From Azolla caroliniana (Eukaryota > Plantae > Polypodiophyta): a stretch of 64,000 bases of DNA. Below the pieces are notes generated by a model. That model was not told the origin of the DNA, made no database searches, and saw only the letters and a list, made by a program, of their open reading frames with translations. The translations under genes were made by a program, and so were the position numbers. The stretch is from positions 19,592,001 to 19,656,000 of the forward strand of contig JBHGNT010000002.1 in assembly GCA_043228905.1 (NCBI GenBank), written 5' to 3'. Shown here piece after piece: positions 1 to 9,931 of the stretch. Every line of letters begins with the position of its first letter. The first letter of the stretch is position 1.

Positions 1-1050
1 CTCGGATGCAAAGGACACCGGTACGCGGGAAGTGACGATGCGCGATCAGGCCGGAAAGGGATCCCCACACTATTCCGGAGACCATGGCGGTTCGAGCCGA
101 TGCGGCGATGTAAGACCATGGAGAAGGAAGGTGGCGGTGGAAGGACGAAGGCAACGTGAAACACCATCGGGACATCACGATTGGACAACGGAGGCCAAGC
201 GGGGCGTTCATACGGCCGAACAAGGGCCAACGGAAGTACGCGTACTATGGAGATCGCGGCAGAGGACCCATCGACGGGTCGAACGAGCCTACAGGGAGGC
301 GAGCGCGACGGAAGACTCGAAGCCGACGGATCAAACCGGCAGCGAGCCGAGATACGGATCACGGGAGACCGGTTTCTCACCGGCCAAAATCTCTCACCCT
401 TCAACCAGATTTGGCACGTACCGGTGGACGTGCAGTTAGGTGGGGGCGGATGTCGTGAAGAATTTCGGCCAGAGGCGGAAACCGGGAAACATTGGCTACA
501 TCGGCGGGGTGCAGCGTGTGTACGCACCCGTGTACATTTAGTGTGAATATCGAGGGCGCCTTTATGGCGCCGAAGAGTAGTCAAGTCGGGACAGACGATC
601 CCATGTAAGTCGGGATTTGTCCCACATTGTAACACATCCCTTTCCTTGTTCTATAAAAGGAAGGGAACGCCCTTTGTGTAAGGGTTGCGCATTTTACACT
701 AGAGGATATACCGTTAGGTTTAGAGTTAGGTTTCTTCTTCTCCTTCTTCTCCCCCTTCGTGTTTTGCTTAGGGTTTGCTTTGGTTCGGCCTCCTGTGCAA
801 GACCCCGCTCGGCGCGACGAGTTGAGAGCTCCCTGACGGCGGCTTGGCAGCAGACGACTACTGTAACCTACCTCAGTCCGGCTTGAAGCCGGGAATGTAT
901 TCTTTCTTTATATATATATATATACATATACGTATGTGTCTGTTTGCGTATATTCGCATCTTCGTTGGTGTTGGGTGCTTCCCCTTTCCTGCGTTTCCTG
1001 TACTTAAGGGTGTGAGTCGGGTTGGCCTGTGTGTGTGCGTGAGTCGGTGT

Positions 1051-1089
<39 letters not shown>

Positions 1090-1216
1090 GTTGCTTCCGG
1101 TGTGCTCCTGGGATGCCCCGGAAACGGTGAAGCACGACTTCCCACGCTCCATCACTCCCTAGTCCAAGACCCCCGTGGTCCCGCCTTTCTCCACGCACGC
1201 GCGTAACAACGCGACA
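1..1216 (+). mobile_element. 3' end of Ty3/Gypsy LTR retrotransposon E1 (3' internal region, PPT, 3' LTR 451-1216)
   Basis: PPT-like GGTGGGGGCGGA at 439-450, then LTR TGTCGTGAAGA... ending ...CGCGACA at 1216. Termini match the other Gypsy LTRs in the window. Followed by CCGT and gag sequence of element E2. Confidence 0.8.
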
Positions 1217-2755
1217 CCGTTTGATGGTGTGCTGTCGCACAACATCTTCCCTTTTCCGTTCGCGGGCTGCTCGTTATCCTGTTGTCAGCATACCCGTTCG
1301 ACTTTCGACCAGTCGTCGATAAGGCCAATCGCTCCATCGTTGTCTTCGAGCTCGGTCACCGAGGCCATCCATTCCTTCCGGTCAATTGACTTCACAAACA
1401 ACAGGACCTTATCCACGCCCAATAATCTTTGTTCCCACTTCGGGAGCTGAGCCAAGCGCCGCTGGAACTCTAGGAACGCCTTCGTTGCGCCTTGGTGTGT
1501 CTTCGTCGATGCAATCCACTGGTCGAAGTTGCGCTATCCCCGACTTTTGGGCCGCTCTCCGTATGCTTGCAGGAGCGCCTCTTTGAAGGCCTCCTACAAA
1601 CTATGAGCTTCTCGGAGTCCCTTTACTTCTGCGTGCATCAGGTCCGCTGCGATCTGATAGAAGAACTCCAGCCTCAATGCCTCGTCTATACCTCGCACCT
1701 CCATTTCTGCGTTTTAGACTTCCAAGTAGAATGGACTTTGTCCCTATTGAAATGACCGACTCTTTCGACCACACACCTGACCACTTGTTGCATTGCCTCT
1801 CGTCTCATCGTCACTCGTCCGAACTCCATCACCACTTCCACCACCATCTTTGCAAAGTCTCTGTCTTCCAACTCCATCCTCCCTTGCAGCCCTTTCATGT
1901 CGGGTTCACCAAAGATGTCGCGGAAAGGGGTGAGGCTCACTCCTCCTCTTTATAGTAGAAAGGGGTGAGGCTCATTACAAAAGGAGAGGCCAAATATTCC
2001 ACTCTTTTCAAAGGGGAATATTTCCCTTGATCTTAGGAGGAGAGATTGATGGGGCCTTAACTCCTTCTCCTCTCATTTTCACACACACACACACACCACC
2101 ATGCACTCCTCTTTTCTACATGTGCATGTGCATCACATTTACAGATCATGAACTTTGTGATGTACTTGTCATGATATGGCAAGACTCGAACCCATGACCT
2201 TAGGTTATATGGGTTGAGCTCTTGACCATTAGACCATCTATTATAATACGTAAGATATTATTTTCATTTACATTTTATTATAGGAAATTAGTGTATATTC
2301 TAGATTTCTCTGGAACATTCTAGAAGCTTCAGGATTACTCCTGAAAACACTATAAAAAGAGGGCACTAGGCATTATGTTGAACCAAATTGGTTCAACGCC
2401 AGTCTTAAGCCTTTTAGCCACCATTGTATATTCTCTTCATATAATACATATCTTTCTTATCATCACACACACACTCTCTCTCGATCTCTCTCTTTCTCTC
2501 TGTCTTGCTCACTTCTTCCTTCTCTCGAAGAAGTTCCACACCTCTCATAGTACTAATCCTTCGTTTAGTACTAATTCCTTCTCTGTCTCAGTACTGTTCA
2601 TGACAGTACTTTAGCACCTTACATTTCACTCTTCCCTTTACATTTGTTTTCTTATTCTCATTTACATATTCCCTAAGTGCAAGTGCAATATTGCACATCC
2701 TCATTTTATTCGTCCCACTCGGGTTTTCTCACCATAGCTGAAAATCCTCACGACA
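1217..2755 (-). mobile_element. 5' part of Ty3/Gypsy element E2 (5' LTR 1916-2755, tRNA-Trp PBS 1896-1911, degenerate gag about 1217-1890)
   Basis: On the minus strand: LTR TGTCGTGAGG...CCGCGACA, 4-nt spacer, TGGTGAACCCGACATG, then gag-like MELEDRDFAKMVVEV...VVERVGHFN, similar to the gag N-termini of elements A and B. Interrupted at 1216 by E1. Confidence 0.8.
2178..2237 (-). other. tRNA-derived (SINE-head-like) Pol III promoter module inside the E2 LTR
   Basis: Minus strand reads TGGTCTAATGG (A box) ... GGTTCGAGTC (B box) at tRNA-like spacing. No intact acceptor stem. Confidence 0.55.
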
Positions 2756-4000
2756 ACGTAAAGATGGTGTTCCTACATGGAGATCTAGAAGAAGACATTT
2801 ACATGTCTCAACCGACAAGCTTCACGGCGACGGGGGAGGAAAATCACCTCGTATGTTAATTGAAGAAAAGCCTCTATGGCTTAAAACAAACGTTGAGGAT
2901 GTGGTACCAAAAGTTTGAGTCCTACATTTGATTGCTCGACTACAACCGGTCCGACCCCGACCCATGTCTATATACTCGATAATTGGCCGACAAGTCCCGG
3001 ATTTATCTGATCCTATATGTCGACGACATGCTGATTGCAGGAAACAATCAAGTTGAAATCGGAAAGCTAAAGGTAAGTCTTCACGAAAAGTTTGCGATGA
3101 AGGAACTCAGACAAGCCCAACACATACTGGGCATGAGGATAGTGCGAAATCGGACAACAAAAACTATTTGACTATCCCAGTTCGACTATATTCACAAGGT
3201 GTTGAAGCGCTTCAACATGGAGATTGCAAAGCCATCACCAACAATGCTTTTGAAGTCAATCCAACTATTGGATAGAGAGACTCCTTCTATGGACGAGGAG
3301 AAAGAGCTTAATGGAAGGATACCCTACGCATCGGCCGTAGGAAGTATCATGTACGTGATGGTGGCGACCTGACTCGACCTTGCCTATGCCGTAGGGGTCA
3401 TCAACCGCGACATGTCGATCCCATGACGGAAGCATTGGGAGGCTTTCAAGCACATCTTCAAGTACCTAAGAGGGACCGAAGATGCACAATTGACTTTCAG
3501 GTTGGCAAAGTCGACCGAAGTCGAAGGTTACACAGACTCCGGCTATGCCAGGAACTTGGACAATCAGAAGTCGACATTAGGCTACATCTTCACCTATGGT
3601 GGCGGCGTTATATCATGGAGGTCAAAGCTCCAAGAGTGCATGACCCTGTTGACCACAAAGGCCGAGTACATAGAAGCATCAAATGCAACGAAGGAAGCGA
3701 TATGGTTGTATCGATTGACTACTGGCTCCGACCATCTAATGCGACTCACAAAGCACAATATACCTCATCAATAACCTTTTCTATCATGCAAAGACAAAGC
3801 ATATTGAGGTGTGGTATCATCATATTCGGGAGCTAGTAACCGAGAAGAAGCTCGAAGTCTGGAAGATTTACACCAAGTTGAACATCGTCGATTGCCTGAT
3901 GAAGCCACTCCTAGATCAACGCTTCGGAGCACTGAGGAATAAGATGGGACTACAACAAGCAACCGAGCAGAAGAAAGCCAAACAAGGAGTAGAAGGTAAG
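2756..4000 (+). pseudogene. Ty1/Copia RT-RNase H remnant
   Basis: [49 protein letters not shown] and TKAEYI motifs, broken by stops and frameshifts. The probable 3' LTR (about 4001-4376 plus 19222-19291) is split by element A. Confidence 0.9.
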
Positions 4001-4376
4001 TTGATCCGACCGACTCAGACAATTCGACCTAGATGACCAGCTGAATCATGCCAGATACCAACTTTACCTTTGCCGACTCGGCTATATGCCGACTAACTTG
4101 TAACCATAATTTTAGATTAAAATTGTAATCTAGGTTTACAAGGGAGATAACCCCATACAATGTAATTAGAAAGAGTAGCCCTTTTACAGGGAAGTTTGTT
4201 GGCATAAAAAGCCGACTCCTTCCACTTTGTATCCTAGTGTGTGAACACATCCAAATAGTTAGGGCTTAGTGTACAAGCAATAACCTAACGTTGTAACAAT
4301 GTCTTCTCGTATCTTGGGTCTTGCAGAGAGAGAGTTGCAGAAATAACAAATCTTCCATTAAAGCTTAAGTGAGCGT

Positions 4377-4439
4377 TGTCGCAAAGTTTCGCGTTCGCGT
4401 GCAGGAAGAGGCGGGACCAGGGGGGTCTTGGACCAAGGA

Positions 4440-4526
<87 letters not shown>

Positions 4527-4699
4527 GCAGACACACAGAAAGAAAATAAGAGCAAGAAACAGGAATCTGATTACTATAATCAGTAGCTTACAACTCGAAC
4601 AGTTACAACCGGCAAACCGGTAATGGACCTGACACAGGGTCCTACTCACGCACACAGACGACAACCACTCGACTCGAAGAAACAAAAAGGGAGGGGGGG

Positions 4700-4737
<38 letters not shown>

Positions 4738-5127
4738 CTGTTGGAAACACATGGGCTGTCCACGAAGCAGAGGCAGCGAACTCCGGACACCCACAGAAAA
4801 TGACGATCAGAGGAGAGAGAGCTCGGCACTCGGTTCTGCAGCAGCAGTTCGTCCTCGCCAACGCGCGATACCCTTTCTTCCTTCTCTCCTTCCTTAAATA
4901 GTTCGCAAAGGGGAGACCCTTCTTCCCTAGTCCAATCGCTTTATTCCCTGTCCCTTTTGACAGAGATACGCACAAATCCCCTAATAAATGTGTACTACCT
5001 AGTATTTAAATCAGCCAACCTAATTACGAATTATGTACAAAATATCAATTCTCACATCCACCTATGTAAGAACCGGTTCATGTGCCTTTTCCTCTGATTC
5101 CGCCTATGGCCGGTTTTCTTCACGACA
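4377..5127 (-). repeat. 3' LTR of element A, with two (AG)n tracts
   Basis: TG...CA termini. Near-identical to 18605-19221 apart from microsatellite lengths and an extra 84-nt block at 4566-4649. Confidence 0.95.
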
Positions 5128-5196
5128 TCCACTCCCACCAAACCGCGCATCCACCGGCATGCACTAGAGATGGGTAGATACCGAAGAAAACCGGCT

Positions 5197-6700
5197 TCAC
5201 TCGTCGCTCTCCGATTCTTCGGCGGGCTTGAACCGATCGTCGTCGTCGCTCTCGCTCGCCGGCTCCGGCTCGCCTTCGAATCGCTTCTTGAACTCTTTGA
5301 TCCGCTTCCCAGCCACCGGTACCGCTAACCGTGTCCCGTCGAGTTCCGCGAGGTGGTACGTGCCGCTCGTCACTGTGTAGGGCCCGAACCATCTCCTAAC
5401 GAACTTTCGCACCGCCTTGTGCTAATTGTCGAGGCTGCTGTCGTATACCAAGACGCAGTTGCCTTCCTTGACCTTCCTTGGTCGCAACCAGTGCGTCCGG
5501 TTGAACCGGGCCTTGTTCCGCTCCCTTGCTGCTCGCAGCTTTTCCTTCGCCCGTTTCATGTCCTCCGGTGTCCGCTCGAGTTGCCGAATCCGCGTCGCCA
5601 GCAACTCTTCCCGGCTCATCTCGTCCTTCTAGTCTACCGCTGCCCACGAAGAAACCGTCCGTTCCACGGGCATGATCGGCTTCTGTCCATACATCAGCTC
5701 TACCGGCATAAACCCTGTCACCGAACTATGCGTAGTTCGGTCTGCCCATAGTGCGTAAGGAAGGAGCCGCGGCCAATTCCCGACCTGCCCTCCGCATGCA
5801 CGCACGAACGCCTTTACAATCGGCCCGTGCCCACGTTCTACCTTCCCGTTCGCCTCCGGATTGTACGCCGTAGTGAGGGAGAGTTTGACCCCTAGCCGGT
5901 TGAACAACTCCTCAGCTTCCTGCGCATCCAACTCTTCCCGGTCCGCCACGATCTTCCCGACGCACCCGTACCGACACACTACCTCTTCGATCAGGAACCG
6001 GCATACCGTCACGGTTGTCTTGTTTTGTAGTGCACGACCTTCCACCTGGTTCGTTAAATCTTCTCGCGCAAGCACCAGGTATCACATCTGTCCTACTCCC
6101 ATCGGCATTGTCACCAAGTCCACCATCCACTTAAAATGGACCGTAGGCGGGTAGGTCGGGTGTAGCTCGTCCCGATGTCGGACTACGGAGTGCATCTGAC
6201 AGCTTTCGCAAGTCGTTACGAACCGATGCACGTCCCGGTACAGCCCCGACCACCAGTACTTCTCGAATGTGGCCCACGTTCCGCGGTGCCCGGCCCAGGG
6301 ACTCTCGTGAAATGCCGCCAGTAGTTCCTCCTGTTCTTCTTTCTTTGCCACTACTCGGAGCGGGATGCCGTTTCTTTTCTTTGGGTGCCTCCATATGCAC
6401 CCGTCCCGTAGGAAGAATCGGTACGCCTTCTTCCGTACCCGGCTTGCCTCTTCTCTCGTCCATGCTGCGTCCGGCGTCATCACCCGTAGGAACCTCCCGA
6501 TTTGTAGCCACTCCTCGTTGTACCTGCTTTCGTCAAATTCGTTAAGCGCCGGAGTGTCCCCTTTCCTCGTCGTCACGTTAGCCGACCCGAAGAAGTCCTC
6601 GCCGACTTCTTCGTCATCCGAAACCATGCCCTCTTCATCGTTGAACCTTGCTCTCGAAAGCATGTCGGCCATGGCGTTATCCTTTCCAGAGATATGCCGT
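5197..6700 (-). pseudogene. Element A integrase region (HHCC zinc finger, core, GPY/F), degenerate
   Basis: FHESPWAGHRG...CESCQ, KWMVDLVTMP, IVADREEL, YNPEANGKVERGH and RWFGPY, with in-frame stops and small deletions. Confidence 0.9.
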
Positions 6701-7665
6701 TGTCGTGAAGATTTTCGGTAATAGTGTGAAAATCCCATAAAACGTACAAAATCGAGTATGAATCATGTAATACAATAGATAACATTTTTAATATCTAAGT
6801 ACAAAATGATGGAGGTTTCGAATGCACTTTATTACACGAGAAATGGACAACTAAATGTCAAGATATGAGGGTATAAAGTTTGTGAAAAGAAAAGAGAAAA
6901 TTGTGAGATATCCCACATAGGTACGACAAATACGGCTCTCATCATATATAAGGTAGAGCAAAAGATATTATCTTTGTGTCTATGTGTGGAGCATAGAGAG
7001 TTCAAGGTAACTTGAACTTAGAGTGGAGGTGGCTAGCTACTCGAAAAGGGTTTTGGCCAACCAAAACCGGACCGGCGATGGAGCCGGTGATCCGACGGCA
7101 TCCGACCGGTATCCGGCGTCGGCACCGGCATTCGGCGGCGGCATCCGGCGACTAGATAAAATAAATATATAAAAATATATACATATTTACATATACAAGG
7201 AGGGCAAGTATCGATTCGAACCTTGCACCTCCAAGTTAGGAGTCAAATGACTTACCATTAAGCCATAGTATTTAGTTAAAATTATATTTCTATCATTGTA
7301 CTTTTACATGTAAATTCTCATCCATGAGTGCTAAAATGAGTGACATGGTTAGCATGCACCACGTGTAATACTTAAGCGCCAAATGGCAAACATGCAATTT
7401 ATGCATGTCTTGTACCCTCACATGCATCATATGCATGAGAGCATCTATAAAAGAGGGAAGGGGGAGGAGAAAAACATGGTTTTTTTTATGAAAATTAAGA
7501 GGAAGAAATTCGTTTTGAAATCAATCGTGTAATCTCATCTTCTCTCTTTCCCAATCTATCTTAAGTACTTTCTCGCCAAAGCTTGTATCGACTCTAAATC
7601 CTTCTGGTCCAGAACCCCGGCGGTTCCGCCTCACGATCCGCGCGTAGTGACGGATCTTCACGACA
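6701..7665 (+). repeat. 5' LTR of element B
   Basis: Near-identical to 13489-14485. The length difference lies mainly in a CCGG-rich minisatellite at about 7070-7152. Confidence 0.97.
7203..7266 (-). other. tRNA-derived Pol III promoter module inside the element B LTR (second copy about 14023-14086)
   Basis: Minus strand reads TGGCTTAATGG (A box) ... GGTTCGAATC (B box). Confidence 0.6.
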
Positions 7666-7673
7666 TAATAAAG

Positions 7674-7689
7674 TGGTGAACCCGACGTG
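7674..7689 (+). promoter_or_regulatory. Primer-binding site complementary to the 3' end of plant cytosolic tRNA-Trp
   Basis: TGGTGAACCCGACGTG is the reverse complement of CACGTCGGGTTCA-CCA, the 3' end of plant tRNA-Trp as recalled from memory. Confidence 0.85.
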
Positions 7690-7726
7690 GAAGAGGAGGT
7701 AGGAAGGATCAAGTCGAGATTAATAC

Positions 7727-9931
7727 TTGGAGATGGCGTCCTCAAGCAACCAAGCAGGAGAGCTCGAAAGGATGATGCTAATCGTCGAGCAAATGATGAG
7801 ATCTCGGGACAACGACGCGAGCGTGGAGAAGGCTGTCGATCGTGTCGTAGAGCTCGAGGGCCAATTCGATGGAAGGAACGTTACGAAGTTCCTGGATGCA
7901 TATAAGAGGGAGATGAATCAAAGGGACGTGTCCGAGGCACGTCAAATCGCAAGCTTCAAGAGAGTTGTCGCCAACAACATCCAAAGACGCGTCATCGAGC
8001 TTCAAGAAGGAAAGACAACATGGTTCGAGTTCGAGAAAACGATACTAGCGGAGTTCGTGACTGAAGACTCAACGAGGATGACTCGACATGCCCTGATGAA
8101 GTGGATAGAGAAGAAGAATAAGAAGATGAGTGTCTCGAGGGTGTACGACGAATTCGACCAGATGTTTAGTCGTCTCCCCAATACGGACAAAGTATTGCTT
8201 GAAGAGGACAAGACTTTGTACTTCTTGAAGGCCGTGGACATAAAGGATAGACGGGAGTTGGGGACTCTTCTCGAAGATGATACCCAAGCAAATGGGCTCG
8301 TAGCGGACTGGATCGCGGTGAAGCGGGCATGCAATAGGCTCGACAAGCGTTGCCAATGGGTTGATGACACCGACTTGATGGGACCGACTACCACGGAGAA
8401 AGCAAGACCGCCGAAAGTAGCTGAGCCGTTGAGACAAAGTAGCGTGGAAGAAAAGAAGATTGATGATGACATCATTGAAGAGCTAGCGAAGAAGTTCGAG
8501 AAGGTCACGCTAGCCAACATGAATCGTCGGGGCCCTAAAGGAAAAGAACCCTTTAGATGTGTGTGGTGCGATAGCATGGACCACATGAGAAGGGATTGTG
8601 CGAGCCTTCGAGAGGCGATTCGACAAAATATCGTATACATAGAGGACAACATGATCTGCTCAAGCGAGACGAGAAGACCCCTACGGGTGAATTTCGGAAG
8701 AGGAGGAATGAAGAGATCTATGGAGGATGCCGATGCGACTCATGTGGATGCGATGCACTATGCTGCGTCGGCCGGAATAAGAGTCGGGAAAGACAAGACT
8801 GAAGCTGCTAGAGCGGGAGCAAAGTTTTGGACTTCCGTTCTCGAATATGAGAAGAAGGGAAAAATCACATCGAACGAGGTAGAGCTTGCGGACCGAAGCA
8901 TGCAAAGCATAACCGGGTGGTCGGATCCGGTGGACGACAACACCATACTCGCGGAGGTGATGTGCGACAACCACGAGGTGTTCGTCGAAGAGAAGAGAAA
9001 GAGAATAGAAGAGCAAGGGCCATCAAAAAGACATGAAACAAGGAATGCGAAAAAGAAGGACGATGCGGAGACGAGTCGACCTTTACAAACGGAGGAACGA
9101 GAATCAAGCCGAAAAGGGGAGCCGAGCATACGAGTTGAAGAAACGGTTCGGCCCGTGAAGGTTGGTGTCGAAGACCCCGCTCGGAGGACAAGGACCATAC
9201 CTACCTATAAGCTAAGGTTGGACATAGAGCAGACGACGGACCTAAAGAAGATTCTCGAAGAACGAGTTCTTGATAGCCACGTAACTTTGTCCTTGAGGGA
9301 ATTGCTTGGCATTACGAAGAAGGAGTTGCATGACATGATCGTGGACCTTGTAAAGAGAAAGAGACAACAATCGGACGAGGAAGAAGAGAAGCCGCAGAAA
9401 GCAAAAACGAATGCCATAACGATGGCAAGAGACGAAATCGATGAAGATATGGTGGACAACCACTACACTCGACCTCATTGGGCACGAGCGACAACGGAGA
9501 CGCCGGTGAAGATCGGGGAGAAGAAAGAGACTGTCGTAGCCTTGATCGACCACGGCTCGGAGATCAACCTCATGTCAACCGACTTCTACAAAAAGGGAAG
9601 ATGGCCAATCAATACAAACCACGGATGGAAGATTCGCGCGGCAACAAAGTCTACGGAGGACTTGTACGGAGCTTGTCCCAATGTCAAAGTCACGATCGGG
9701 GATGTGGAGATGGATCAACACTTCTTCGTACAAGAATCGGCGTCGCATCCTGTCATCCTAGGGCAACCTTATATCCCATCATCTCGGATGGAGACCAAAG
9801 TGTTTGATAATGGAGCAGCCTTCGCACGAATAAAGAGTCTTGACAACCAAAGATCGGTCCAATTCCTAACAGTGCGAGCCAATCATGAAAGGAATCGAGA
9901 TAGTCTCGGAGGCGAATCCTCGGATTTTTAG
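7727..9931 (+). CDS. Element B Gag-protease ORF (734 aa)
   Basis: Intact ORF with a zinc knuckle CVWCDSMDHMRRDC and an aspartic protease motif ALIDHGSEIN...VILGQPY. Confidence 0.9.
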   Translation: MEMASSSNQAGELERMMLIVEQMMRSRDNDASVEKAVDRVVELEGQFDGRNVTKFLDAYKREMNQRDVSEARQIASFKRVVANNIQRRVIELQEGKTTWFEFEKTILAEFVTEDSTRMTRHALMKWIEKKNKKMSVSRVYDEFDQMFSRLPNTDKVLLEEDKTLYFLKAVDIKDRRELGTLLEDDTQANGLVADWIAVKRACNRLDKRCQWVDDTDLMGPTTTEKARPPKVAEPLRQSSVEEKKIDDDIIEELAKKFEKVTLANMNRRGPKGKEPFRCVWCDSMDHMRRDCASLREAIRQNIVYIEDNMICSSETRRPLRVNFGRGGMKRSMEDADATHVDAMHYAASAGIRVGKDKTEAARAGAKFWTSVLEYEKKGKITSNEVELADRSMQSITGWSDPVDDNTILAEVMCDNHEVFVEEKRKRIEEQGPSKRHETRNAKKKDDAETSRPLQTEERESSRKGEPSIRVEETVRPVKVGVEDPARRTRTIPTYKLRLDIEQTTDLKKILEERVLDSHVTLSLRELLGITKKELHDMIVDLVKRKRQQSDEEEEKPQKAKTNAITMARDEIDEDMVDNHYTRPHWARATTETPVKIGEKKETVVALIDHGSEINLMSTDFYKKGRWPINTNHGWKIRAATKSTEDLYGACPNVKVTIGDVEMDQHFFVQESASHPVILGQPYIPSSRMETKVFDNGAAFARIKSLDNQRSVQFLTVRANHERNRDSLGGESSDF

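Noticed and set aside
32-546. Overlapping ORFs in all three plus frames as an extra (env-like) gene of E1
   Set aside because: GC-rich, stop-poor sequence with no recognisable motif or transmembrane segment. It cannot be judged without upstream sequence.
4285-4975. ORFs rich in SL/ER dipeptides (also 868-1155, 18573-19069, 25606-25815, 45459-45798)
   Set aside because: These are translations of (CT)n/(AG)n microsatellites.
7203-7266. Functional tRNA genes (also 2178-2237, 14023-14086 and a fainter trace near 21570-21630)
   Set aside because: A and B boxes are present, but no convincing acceptor or anticodon stems. Treated as tRNA-derived modules.
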